From Antedon mediterranea (taxonomy: Eukaryota > Animalia > Echinodermata): a stretch of DNA of 64,000 nt. The stretch covers positions 2,284,201-2,348,200 of the forward strand of contig NC_092670.1 in the NCBI RefSeq assembly GCF_964355755.1, in the 5' to 3' direction. Below the pieces are notes generated by a model, which was not told the origin of the DNA, made no database searches, and saw only the letters and a program-made list of their open reading frames with translations. Within the stretch, counting starts at the first letter, position 1. Every line of letters begins with the position of its first letter. A program made the translations under genes and the position numbers. This document shows positions 1-14,100 of the stretch, piece after piece.

Positions 1-837
1 GTGGAAACATACAAGTCATAATGCATTAAGACAAGAATTAGGCTGGTTATCATTGGAAAAACGTAGAAAATTTCTTAACCTAATACTGTTTTTTAAAATT
101 ATTCATAAGTTAACACCAGTGTATCTTTACTCCTTATTTAATTTTTCTGACAATATTGAAGTTTATAACTTGCGTAACATCCGAAATATAATAATTCCAT
201 TTTGTAAGACCACATCATATCGTTTATCTTTTGTCCCATCTATTATAACACATTGGAATGAGTTAAATAATGAAATAAAAAATTCCTCATTTCTTGTTGA
301 GTTTAAAAAATTGCTACTGAAATCCAATTTGTTTGAAACAAAAAAACGTTCTTATTATGATACAGGTGATAAGAAGATTAACCAAATTCACACTAGAATC
401 CGACTTGGTTTCAGCTGTCTCAATTCGCATTTATTCTTACATGGACTTCGGGACAATCCAAATTGTACTTGTGGCTTTAATGTTGAGAATCCGCTTCATT
501 TCTTATGTTACTGCCCTAATTATAATACACAAAGAGATATTCTACTTGTAAGCGCTAACTCAATTATTGAGGATATCTTAGCCAAGGATTTTTCTTTAAC
601 ATTTAATTTTACATTTTTAAGTGAAATTTTTATTTTTGGTTCCGATCTTCTTTCGAATTGTGAAAATGCTTTATTATTTTATTATGTACAACAATTTCTT
701 GTTAATTCTGGAAGATTTAATTGATGTTTCTGTTAGTTGTTTTAAAATGTTGTATTTGTTAATCTGAGGCGCCTTGAAGCTAAGATGGTTCCATCTTGTA
801 AGGCGCCTCTGTGTAATATACTGAATAAAAAAAAAAA
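1..837 (+). mobile_element. 3' end of a non-LTR retrotransposon (CR1/L2-group-like LINE) inserted in an intron of Roco gene A
   Basis: ORF 53-724 has the RT C-terminal tail with a CxC..HxxxxC zinc knuckle (NPNCTCGFNVENPLHFLCYCPNY). 3' UTR hairpin at 766-809 (gaggcgcctt...aaggcgcctc), then AATAAA/poly(A) to about 837. The paralogous intron in gene B (about 62050-62070) is an empty site. Confidence 0.8.
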
Positions 838-1918
838 CAAGTAAAGTATCCAATATTATGTTTCTGAATGTAATATATTATTTGAAGGTTTGCATGGCGA
901 GATCAAATGTTTATATAAAGTTTGCAGTACACCATGTATATATTTAGTTCTGTTGGGTTTCTCTACGTTTCTATCAATATATAATAAACTTTCTGTATGT
1001 ACTTTTTATAGGCTTTTTATTAGGATAAATTATTATAGGATTCTAATTATTTTATCAATGGTAATTAAAATTAATAATTAATGTAGAAAAGTACATTTTC
1101 AGAAAATTTAATTTTTAGAAATGAAAGTGAAAAGGATAAAGGAACGACAGAATATCAACGTTTCTGATGATTTCAGGTCCTGGATTTGCTTCCCTAATGA
1201 TTCTACGCGGATTTTCGTTTCCTGATTGACAAGTAGAGTTGTGATAGTGACTTTTCAATTGCCATATATCTTGAAAGAAAACCTTGTCAATTAGTAAGAG
1301 GAGAATTTAGCACATGCCTCTTAAGATGTTCCTCTTTCATTGAGTTTGTTTTGAGAATAATAAAAAATATATTTTCTGGTTAAAACATGAGCAGAGGTGC
1401 CTTGAAAATAGTAGGTCTAATTATTCCGAGACAGAGAGGCCCATAGTTTTAACAAAACAAACAAAAATTGAAATAGGCAAAGTATATTTGTTTTGTATTA
1501 TGGATCAAACATTTGAAGACACCAACTGTTCTAAAGTAAACTTCTTCTCAATTTAACCACCTCTTCCATCTTTTTATTTTATCCGTCAACGGTTATTTTT
1601 ATTTCAATATGACATGAATACAGAAAAGGTTTACATGATAGACAATAAAGCAACTAGAATCATATTGAGGATATACACTAGAAGAATAAATTATTAAATT
1701 ATTATTATTAAACATATAAAGAAAAAGAGACAATAAATCAAATATCGAATAAATGAGAAAAAATTATAACAATAAATCGAATATCAAAGCCCAGGCCACA
1801 AGTCAGTCCATGTAAAATTCAGTGCTTAGTTTTGGTAGAGCAGACCGTGAAATATTAGGTGTGAAATGTAATAATGATACGCCGTGCACTTGAAATTTCT
1901 ATTAATATTTTTTATTAC

Positions 1919-2122
1919 CCTCATCCATTTTGCTTTCTTCTGTTTTAGTTGATTGTGCTGGATTTTCTTTTGACTGTTCTTCTATTCTGTCTTCTTTCAC
2001 ATGCTTCATGGGAGCATTTTCATAATTGCCAGAAGCCTGTTTTGTAGATGCTGTTGTATTTTGTTTTCCTTTCACTTGTTTCACCACTTCTCTAGCAATT
2101 GCTTTCTCATACATATTAGACG
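1919..2122 (-). CDS. Roco A low-complexity ROC insertion exon
   Basis: SNMYEKAIAREVVKQVKGKQNTTAS...KMDE; in phase with the previous exon; paralog of 62685-62948. Confidence 0.75.
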
Positions 2123-5100
2123 CTTTAAAAAAATTGTACAGTAGTTTGTTTTTGTATATTATTGTTGTTGTGTTTGTACACTATGAATATGTTAATTATT
2201 TATTAAAATGTTAAAAAGGAAGAAACACACATTTAATTGATTCATTTGCTGTGCCAGCTCAGGAGTCGCAAAAACAGGAAACCTGAAGGACGTGTGGCTC
2301 CCTACAACAAACCAACAAATGCAATATAGTACAAAGCTTTCAAAACAAAACATACATCACACACATTTGAATAATAAATATAACCATGATGAATAAATCC
2401 AGTTCTGTGTTATAAATAAATAATTTAGGTAAAAAGAAGCAAGTTATCAATTTATTTCAAATTTGTTTGAATTGAAGTAGTAATCAAGAAATTGTATGTA
2501 AAACAAATTATATAAATAACACCCATAAAACAAGACAATACAACTACATAATAAGATTAAATAAATAAATATTAAACAAGAATCATACATTGTCTCTAAA
2601 ACAACACAGGATTTAACATGGGATTTTTAAAGCAATAAAAGAGAACAAAAATTACTATTTAATCACGGTGGATTGATTTGAATATTAGCCACTTGTATGA
2701 ACTAATTTTCAAAGTTTTCAAGGGCCTTATCTATGTTATGTTCTACGATTGTCATCCAGTTTTATTTTATTAAATTATTTTTATTTATTTAAGTTTGTCT
2801 CCAAACTTATTTTGGCCTCCTTCTGCACTCTCGTATTTTTCTACTCTTGTAATTTTGTTCCTTAGTTGTAAATTGTAAATGTGTGTGAAGAAAAGCAGTT
2901 ATTAGATTTAGTTTAAAATTTAGTTTCATCAAAGTTGTTGTAGTTTTTACTTGTTTTATCTATGGTTATTAACATTTTCCTTTTGTTTACCATTACAGTA
3001 TAAATAATAGAATAATCACTGATTATGCAATACACCGGCCTGGCTTACCCTTTTCTGTACTTGTGACATATATATGAAGGTTAATGTATTTTTTTAAATC
3101 TTGTAAAATCAGTTATTATATTTTATAAATAATGAATTTACTGAAGCCAGAGAAATATGGGTTTGTCACAAAAGAAATATTTGCATACTTGTGTCAATAA
3201 ATGTTGGTTGGTTTTGAAAAACAATTTTTTTAACATCTATGGAACCATTATTTCACGCATCTTAAGATGATACTTACATGTGTCTCGTATTTCTTTCAAT
3301 GTTGTTTCATCGACATCATCTTGAGTGCACACCGTTGTTGCTATAGCGTCAGTTATGTCATGCTTTGGATTAAAACTATAAAAGAAATGTTGATTAAATT
3401 AAATATCGAATGTCAAAAATGACAAGAAAAAATGCCTTCTTGGTAGAGAATACTGTATTTGTTTATACTACGTCATATTATATTAGTTAAGTCGACAAAA
3501 TATGCTTTTTTTGTAGAAAAGGCAAAATTAAATTAAATAGGTATTTATGAATTCTTGGTATCAATGTCGTGGTCCGAACAAATAAAGAGGAGAAAACACT
3601 TGGTTTCTTTCCTTCAGTGCGATTTTATTAGTTTCGTCAAATCATTACATAGGCATAAGTCATTTCAGGTACAAGAATTCGAGATTTAAGATATAAGATT
3701 CAAACCCTCAAGTTATCAACACCAACGTATGTATGACACAGCATCAACTCGTGATAACAAGATAACAACTCCTGATTATTATACTTCCGACTGAGCAAAA
3801 AAAATAAGAACATATCAATAGCTTAAACAAACTCTCAACCAAAACTGTAGTAACATAGCGAGAGCCAACAAAACGAACAAAAGACCCGCTCTGCTTACGC
3901 ACGGTCTTTTATCACACAGTGTCACCTGTAGGCCCTATTCCAATTACAGAATGACTACGCAGCGCCCTCAATACTCAATTCATCACATCTTCCCCGCCCG
4001 GAAGTACTTTTGCCCCCAAAAGTAAAGTTTCAATAAAAAAAAATGCAATATCCATATTTATTTGTTTAGAACAGAAATTGGAAGTCTATGAGGATTACTA
4101 TTAATACCCTTAGTGGAACGGGTTGACCTTCTCGGAGGAGAACGGACACTTTGTGTAATCCCACAATGAAATCTAATGTCCTCTAAATCATCCGAATCAT
4201 CAGAGTCACTTAATACTTCGGATTGAAATGGTAGGCCCAAGGAATCATCTACTAACGAATGACCAACTGGATACAATGTATCTTCTCCATTGGATGGGTC
4301 TAGAACAAGTTTCCGTCTATTCACATACTTAAGTTCACCACCCCTTACTGGCCGAATACCAAACACATCATCTGTAGAATTAATTGACTCAATTATATAA
4401 GAAAAATCATGAAATTTATCAACAAGTTTATGACGTGAATTAAAGGATTCCCTCCTAAGCAATACACAATCACCGATTTTAAGACACTCAACAGGCATCT
4501 TAACAACATGCCTCTTTTCTTCACGAATTGCTGCAGCCTTCAATCTGGACAATGTTATCTCATAAGCTCTTTTCATCAATTTTGTTTCTTTTTGCAAATA
4601 TTCCTCCGACCAATCATTATCCAAATTTCCAATCAGACTATCAATAGGAATAGATGGCTCTCGACAAAACATCAATAGATACGGAGCGACACCTGTAACA
4701 CAATGTGGTGTAGAATTATAGATATAAACAATGTGATTAATTAACTCAGGCCATCTTCTACGTTCTTTAGGATCCAGAGATCGTAACAATCCACATAAAG
4801 ACTTATTAAATCGTTCACATTGTCCGTTTCCAGAAGGGTAATAACTAGTAGTACGAGATTTGCTAATGCCATATAACTTACATATCTCACGAATTACGTT
4901 GTTCTCAAATGATTTACCCTGATCAGAATGTAACCGATCAGGAACACCATAATGTACAAACCACGAATCCCTTAACACATTAGCAACAGTGATTGCTGTT
5001 TGATTTTTACATGGAACAGCCAAAGAAAATTTACAAAAAACATCGGTCATAACCAGAACATCTTCGTAACACCCCTTACCCCGATCTAATTTTAAGAAAT

Positions 5101-8100
5101 CCAAAGCCAAAATCTCCTGAGGACGGAAAGCCAGTAAGTGTCGAAGTGGTGGTTTAACAGTAGGAGAGGGTAATTTGCTACGCACACAACGACCACAGCG
5201 AGAAATGTAAAGTCTTACTTCATTATTCATCCCCGGCCAATAACAACGCCGTCTTAACAAGGACAAAGTTCGATAAACCCCCTGATGCGCCCACTTATCA
5301 TGACAAAGCTCAATTAAAGTTGAACGCAAATTACGTGGAACTAGTAATTGTCTGAATGAAATAACAATAGGATCTTTTACTTGCCGATACAAAACACCAT
5401 TAAATTCAACATAATTGGACCACTCACGCAACCAACCAGATACACACTCCGCTTCTGGACGCCCATCCTTTTCCCTACACCATCCAGCCTTCCATAGTTT
5501 CCAAACTTCACCTAGCTCATCATCTTTCTGCTGCATATCTGTAAGTTGCTGAAATGTATAACTTGGTAAAACAGAAGGAATAGACTTAGTTTCCAGAAGG
5601 GACTTTGCCATTGAAACTGAATTATCTGAATTTTGGATATCAACAATAGCAGTACGAACATGTACCAACAAGCAACAAGCAACAGCCGCCAATGCTTCTT
5701 TATTTACACTCTCTTCTTCGAACGGATATCTGCTTAAAGCATCCGCACACTTATTGTTTGAACCCGGTTTATACTTTATTTCTATGTTAAACATTGCAAG
5801 CTGAGCAACCCACCTTAACTCAGTCGCTCCTAACTTAGCAGTTTGCAAATATGCTAAAGGATTGTTATCCGTGTAAACTATAGCTTTAGTACTCTGAATG
5901 TAAGAACCAAATTTATCAACAACGGCCCATTTTAAACCCAATAATTCCAATTTGAAACTAGATAGTCCAGCATAGCTTTTCTCTGATCCACGTAACCCAC
6001 GACTTGCATACGCAATAGGATGAAGAATCTGGTTATCGTCCCGCTGAGACAAACATGCCCCTATCCCATTACCACTAGAATCCACCTCAATAATGAACTC
6101 TCTATCAAAAATAGGATAAGCTAACACAGGTGGAGTCACTAAACTTTTCTTAAGACTTTCAAATGCAATTTGTTGTGGTAAACCCCAATGAAATGTACTT
6201 ATTTTGTCTTTACCGACTCCAGCACGACCATTCCCCGCCCGAGATGCTGCCATATGGGTAATATTATGGAGCGGCGATGCAATCTTAGCGAAATTCGGGA
6301 CGAACCTCCGATAATACGAGGCAAGTCCAAGGAAGGACTTAACCTCAGTAACATTTTTTGGAACAGGCCACGAAACGACTTTATCAGTCTTACCTACATC
6401 AACAGAAACACCTTTACTCGAAATGACATGACCCAGATAAGCGACTTCTTCCCTAAACAAATCACATTTTCTTCCTTTCACCTTTAACCCATACCTCGCT
6501 AACCTACTAAACACCTTATCTAGTCTATTCAAATGTTCATCAAACGTAGCTGAAAAGATAAGAATATCATCAAGATATAAAACAACTTCAGAGAGATTCA
6601 AGTCACCCAGTACATACTCCATTACGCGTTGGAACGTGCTTGGACTGTTCGTAAGACCCTGTGGCATCCGCAAAAACTCGTACAATCCCCACGGCACCCG
6701 GAACGCTGTTTTACCAATAGAATCATCAGCCATGATTATTTGAAAAAACCCATGTGCCAAATCAAGGGTTGAAAACCAACGAGAACCGGTTAAAACGTCA
6801 AGTACCTCATCAATTCTAGGTAAGGGAAATGAGTCTTTCATAGTACGCCCATTCAATTTGCGATAATCTATGCACAAACGCAAAGAATTATCCTTTTTCT
6901 GAACCAAAACGATGGGACTGGCGTAATCACTTTTTGAAGGCCTAATAATACCCTGATTTAGCATTTCTTGTAGCATTGCTTTAACTTCTTTAATATTATT
7001 AGGATGGACTCTACGATATGGCAATCTAATAGGTACATTGTTACTAATTAATGAAATTGAGTGAGGTATCACATCGCACTTCCCAACATCATAGGGACCT
7101 GTAGAGAAAACATGTTTGTAATTATTTAACAGCAACAAAACTTTGCGCTCCTTATCTCTAGGTAAGCCTTTCAATAGTAAACCCGGAGGACAGACCAACT
7201 CAGATTCTGCAACAATGCTACGTTTATGAAACGGATAATTACCATCAACCAGCTCAGAGCCGTTGGAACACACATTATCCGGTGGCAATACACTTGAACA
7301 CACATTGACTTCATGTAACTTATCACAAGCCACTGGAACAGCTGTATTAAAGTGCTTTAAAGAAACAAAAATTTGGGATTGCTCATTATTAACTCTCAAG
7401 ACTACCTCAGCCCTACCAGTACAAGGCGAAGCTGTTTTCGCACCAACTACCTTACCCAAGGTTTCCAGAATTCTCGGATCATCTTGAATATAACGTAAAA
7501 TATTACATCCTGTCAAAATTGGATAAGAAACATTGTTATTACATGCACTATCAGAAACAATGAGAAAACTACCCAACAAATTGTGCCCTAATATTTCAAT
7601 TGGAACTTCAACATAGCCCTCAATCGGAACTTCAACACCACAGACGCCAATCACATTGGTAAATAACTTGTCTGCACTGTGTAAACCACCCAGCTCAGAT
7701 TTTAGAATTCTGTGATAAATTGAAGAAGGAATGATAGATGCTTCCGCTCCTGTGTCAAGAACTGAACCCAATTCAACTGAACCAAACTTTATAACAGCAC
7801 AAGGGCTTTGGGCAACTAAACGGCTAAGCAAAGAGGATTCCGAGGGCTCTCGTAAATCATTAGGGGGAATAATTTTATCTTCCACAGAAACAACCGGGAT
7901 TTGAACAGAACCTAGATTATGATTATCTGTAGATGGTTCGGGCTTTGACTTCCTAACTCTACTTGGACATTTTGCAGCAAAGTGGCCGACCTTTTTACAT
8001 TCCCAGCAGAGACCTGGAGGCATTTCACAATTATCTCTATTATGACCAAATTGTCCACAATTAAAACAACGACGGGGCCCACTTCTATTAAAAGAATTAT

Positions 8101-11100
8101 TAGTAGTATTTTGGGAAAACTTACATAAACTCTGTTGAAGTTGATCTAGCTGTTGTTTAAGAACCTTTAACTCCTTTTTAATTTCACAATTTTCAGATTG
8201 GTTTGAATAAGAATTTGTTGGAAAATCTACACCCTGAACTTTCGGTCTATAACCCCGTGATGTCTCGCCTTTAAACAATTCAAGAACTTCCTCCCTCATT
8301 TCCATAAAGGATTTACCCCTAGGCGCCAATTCAATTCTGCGCATTTCACGCCTAACGAGTGGATCCCGTACCCCTTCTACCAATCTCTGTTTGAGTGTGG
8401 AGTCCTGTAAATGTTTGAGAGCATTCTGTTCATTGGGGAAAGAAGCTTCCAATAATCGCGAATAAATTTTCATTAACTCTAAACTATATTCGGCCACACT
8501 TTCATAATCCAACTGATTACGAGAATAAAACAAAGTATTTAAAGCCGATACAGATTCATCTGGAGAAAAGGTAGTCTGTAACACTTGAATGGCCTTTTTA
8601 ACATTTTTGCCTTTACCCAATATGGACATTTGGTAATGTACTTCGTCTTTAGCCGATCCCCCCAAGTGACTTACTAGGGCATCATATTTTACGTCCCCAC
8701 CTAGATTATAATGTGTACAATATGTCTCAAAATCTTCGAGCCATTCCCGCAACGTGACATCCCCAGGGGATTTTGGACGACCCCTAAATTTAGCCAACTT
8801 AATAGGAGGAGGAACTTTTTGAACACCCACACCTCTCAACACATCAGTAAGCGCAGCAATCATACTATTAATTCCTGTGGTCTCAGTATCGGGTTTCTCA
8901 GCTTTCGCCATATTAATATACACAGATGATATAACGAGTTTAAATCGAGAATATACGAACAACGATCATTCATAAACTAAACTATAAGGTACTATATAAA
9001 CAATTGATCACAGATAACATATCAACAATATATTTTAACAGATCCACACTTTTCAATGATTATAATTCCAAGCAAGAGTATTGTATGTCACACATGTCAC
9101 ACCAATTATTAGAATTATCAATTTAAATTATATGGTCAACTTCCCAAATGTTAAATTATAATCAACACATTCATAAGTATCAAAATTATAATCAACACAT
9201 TCATATATAAGTATCAATGTTCTTATCTTCTTATCTCCATTCATAACTTGAGAGCCTAGATTCCGGTAACTGGTCCTCTTCGATCTTGATGCTTGGTACC
9301 CTGCTCGCAGCGCCAAGTTTGTCGTGGTCCGAACAAATAAAGAGGAGAAAACACTTGGTTTCTTTCCTTCAGTGCGATTTTATTAGTTTCGTCAAATCAT
9401 TACATAGGCATAAGTCATTTCAGGTACAAGAATTCGAGATTTAAGATATAAGATTCAAACCCTCAAGTTATCAACACCAACGTATGTATGACACAGCATC
9501 AACTCGTGATAACAAGATAACAACTCCTGATTATTATACTTCCGACTGAGCAAAAAAAATAAGAACATATCAATAGCTTAAACAAACTCTCAACCAAAAC
9601 TGTAGTAACATAGCGAGAGCCAACAAAACGAACAAAAGACCCGCTCTGCTTACGCACGGTCTTTTATCACACAGTGTCACCTGTATTCCAATTACAGAAT
9701 GACTACGCAGCGCCCTCAATACTCAATTCATCACATCAATGTCTGATGACTTAATGTGTTTTACACCCTTTCGTCAATCAATTTCACACTTCAGAAAAAT
9801 GTTTGTATAGGAAATGTGGTAAAATGCGACGGTAATGAAATGGTATTTTTATATTTTCAGTGTTTGTAATGTTCACAATTCAGTTCATTAGTGGAAAAAA
9901 CTCTGGTTTTCAGATGGAGGCACACACATATTTAAGTGACATGATCCTTTATTTTTCTGGCAGCTATTGAAGATGTTAAGTTGTTTATAATTTTGTAAAG
10001 TGTATCTTACATATAATGTAAATAATAATTAACCTTTAAACAATATTTTAACATGAAACTAAAAGAAAGTGCAAATACTTTTTTTGAGAAGTGTATTTTA
10101 TTGTTACTTTATTTGAAAATCACTTTTAATTGTAATTGTATGTGTTTGCTATCTTTTAATTTGATTTGACAGTTTTAATAGATTTGCTTACCCTTTCCTT
10201 AGCAAAGCATTGATAGTAGAAGTTTTTCCCACTCCTTCAAGACCTACAAAAATAACTCTGCCCTGTTTAACTTCAGTTTCTCCTTCTTCCAGAGCTTCAT
10301 TGTATGCTCTTATTGCTTCTGGTCCTCGAGCCTGTATCTCCACCGGAGTTAAATCTTGAAAACAAAAGTAATAAAGTTAGTACACAATCAATGTAATTTA
10401 CCAAAAACATAAGGGGGTAGTTGTCCTAAGGGGGTAGTTGTCTGGGTGGTAAACATCCGGGGGGTAACTGTTTAGGGGGTAGGTGTCCTAGAACAAATTT
10501 TTGTAATGTAGTTTCTCAATATGTGTTGGGTATTCATTTCCCCATACAATTAGTTAATAGACAAGTTTAAAGTTATACCTGTTAAAAATGTCTGACATGA
10601 TTGTTTAGAATTGTATAAGTAGTCAACAAGATCCCATGAATAAATACTAGGTTAATATTTGTTTTTTACCTTCTGGTCGACGTTTGGAAGCAAATGCTAC
10701 GCATTTGTCATCGTCACTCTCAATATTTCCTTAAAAAATAAAAAAAAACCTTGATAATATTTTTGAATGTTTACACAATTGACAAATAATTAATTGAGAT
10801 GGTTTGAAAATTAAAATTAAATAATAATAGTTTTCTATGATGTACAATTTGTTGAAGAAGATCGTAAAATACATCTTTTTTTCTTATAAACGTTGGAATA
10901 GATATTTGGTAAATAAAATCAAAATGTTTTAACATTCATATAAATATCGGTTCACATTTACCTTCTGGTCGTCTGTTAGATCCTGATGATTTACTATCGT
11001 CATATTCATCTTTCCTACGTTCTAGAAAATGTTTTAAATGTTTAAAAACAAATTATAATATAAATACATACGGGTAAAACTGCTTTTAAAATACTACATT

Positions 11101-14100
11101 ATAAATATTATGTTATAATATATTTATTTTCAAAATTAATGTAACAAACTGTTAGTTGTGATGGTTTGAAGATTATAATTTATAAAGTAATAATAAAAAA
11201 ATTAAATATCACATGTTTTATACCTTTGTGACTTCCACTGCGTTGTGGTACATTATCATGATGTACAATTTGTCGAAGAAGATCAGAAAATACATCTTTC
11301 TTGTCTGGTTCTTTCGATAAAAGTTGTCCAGTTTCCAATCTGAATGTTACATCCCAAATGTTGGTGTAGTTATACCTTGCCAGATCATAGTGAGCAATAA
11401 CCCTCTTTAACGCATCTGGATCAACATTTCGCAGCTTTTTAAACATATATTTTCGACGGAGTGATATCTTTTCTTCTGTATTTTTAGCGTTATCATTTCT
11501 AATATACTGGACTACAAGATCTTCAGCCTTCTTTAATTCACATAATTTGGTAATCTCCAATAAAAGACTAACATTATTAGGTGTAATTTTACCAGTGGCA
11601 TGTAATTCATTAAAAAAATCATTTCCTATGACATTCAGTTTTGTGAGGTCTTCTATATGTAGATGCTCGAATAAGCAGAATTTTAACCATAGCAACCGGT
11701 CACCGTCGAAGTGTCTACCAAGATCAAACTTCAAATTGGTGAACTTTTGATTAGTTTCAAACTTCAAACATCCGGGGGGTAACTGTCTAGGGGGTAGGTG
11801 TCCTAGAAGAAATTTTTGTAATGTAGTTTCTCAATATGTGTTGGGTATTCATTTCCCCATACAATTAGTTAATAGACAAGTTTAAAGTTATACCTGTTAA
11901 AAATGTCTGACATGATTGTTTAGAATTGTATAAGTAGTCAACAAGATCCCATGAATAAATACTAGGTTAATATTTGTTTTTTACCTTCTGGTCGACGTTT
12001 GGAAGCAAATGCTACGCATTTGTCATCGTCACTCTCAATATTTCCTTAAAAAATAAAAAAAAACCTTGATAATATTTTTGAATGTTTACACAATTGACAA
12101 ATAATTAATTGAGATGGTTTGAAAATTAAAATTAAATAATAATAGTTTTCTATGATGTACAATTTGTCGAAGAAGATCGTAAAATACATCTTTTTTTCTT
12201 ATAAACGTTGGAATAGATATTTGGTAAATAAAATCAAAATGTTTTAACATTCATATAAATATCGGTTCACATTTACCTTCTGGTCGTCTGTTAGATCCTG
12301 ATGATTTACTATCGTCATATTCATCTTTCCTACGTTCTAGAAAATGTTTTAAATGTTTAAAAACAAATTATAATATAAATACATACGGGTAAAACTGCTT
12401 TTAAAATACTACATTATAAATATTATGTTATAATATATTTATTTTCAAAATTAATGTAACAAACTGTTAGTTGTGATGGTTTGAAGATTATAATTTATAA
12501 AGTAATAATAAAAAAATTAAATATCACATGTTTTATACCTTTGTGACTTCCACTGCGTTGTGGTACATTATCATGATGTACAATTTGTCGAAGAAGATCA
12601 TCAAATACATCTTTCTTGTCTGGTTCTTTCGATAAAAGTTGTCCAGTTTCCAATCTGAATGTTACATCCCAAATGTTGGTGTAGTTATACCTTGCCAGAT
12701 CATAGTGAGCAATAACCCTCTTTAACGCATCTGGATCAACATTTCGCAGCTTTTTAAACATATATTTTCGACGGGGTGATATCTTTTCTTCTGTATTTTT
12801 AGCGTTATCATTTCTAATATACTGGACTACAAGATCTTCAGCCTTCTTTAATTCACATAATTTGGTAATCTCCAATAAAAGACTAACATTATTAGGTGTA
12901 ATTTTACCAGTGGCATGTAATTCATTAAAAAAATCATTTCCTATGACATTCAGTTTTGTGAGGTCTTCTATATGTAGATGCTCGAATAAGCAGAATTTTA
13001 ACCATAGCAACCGGTCACCGTCGAAGTGTCTACCAAGATCAAACTTCAAATTGGTGAACTTTTGATTAGTTTCAAACTTCAAACATCCGGGGGGTAACTG
13101 TCTAGGGGGTAGGTGTCCTAGAAGAAATTTTTGTAATGTAGTTTCTCAATATGTGTTGGGTATTCATTTCCCCATACAATTAGTTAATAGACAAGTTTAA
13201 AGTTATACCTGTTAAAAATGTCTGACATGATTGTTTAGAATTGTATAAGTAGTCAACAAGATCCCATGAATAAATACTAGGTTAATATTTGTTTTTTACC
13301 TTCTGGTCGACGTTTGGAAGCAAATGCTACGCATTTGTCATCGTCACTCTCAATATTTCCTTAAAAAATAAAAAAAAACCTTGATAATATTTTTGAATGT
13401 TTACACAATTGACAAATAATTAATTGAGATGGTTTGAAAATTAAAATTAAATAATAATAGTTTTCTATGATGTACAATTTGTCGAAGAAGATCGTAAAAT
13501 ACATCTTTTTTTCTTATAAACGTTGGAATAGATATTTGGTAAATAAAATCAAAATGTTTTAACATTCATATAAATATCGGTTCACATTTACCTTCTGGTC
13601 GTCTGTTAGATCCTGATGATTTACTATCGTCATATTCATCTTTCCTACGTTCTAGAAAATGTTTTAAATGTTTAAAAACAAATTATAATATAAATACATA
13701 CGGGTAAAACTGCTTTTAAAATACTACATTATAAATATTATGTTATAATATATTTATTTTCAAAATTAATGTAACAAACTGTTAGTTGTGATGGTTTGAA
13801 GATTATAATTTATAAAGTAATAATAAAAAAATTAAATATCACATGTTTTATACCTTTGTGACTTCCACTGCGTTGTGGTACATTATCATGATGTACAATT
13901 TGTCGAAGAAGATCATCAAATACATCTTTCTTGTCTGGTTCTTTCGATAAAAGTTGTCCAGTTTCCAATCTGAATGTTACATCCCAAATGTTGGTGTAGT
14001 TATACCTTGCCAGATCATAGTGAGCAATAACCCTCTTTAACGCATCTGGATCAACATTTCGCAGCTTTTTAAACATATATTTTCGACGGGGTGATATCTT

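Larger units (their letters stand above)
3565..9735 (-). mobile_element. Full-length Gypsy/Ty3 LTR retrotransposon in a Roco A intron
   Basis: LTRs 3565-3987 and 9320-9735 (TG...CA). TSD TCAA at 3561-3564 and 9736-9739. PBS 9299-9315, PPT 3988-4002, intact gag-pol ORF. Confidence 0.97.

Noticed and set aside
6188-8929. Short plus-strand ORFs inside the Gypsy element
   Set aside because: Antisense shadows of gag-pol.
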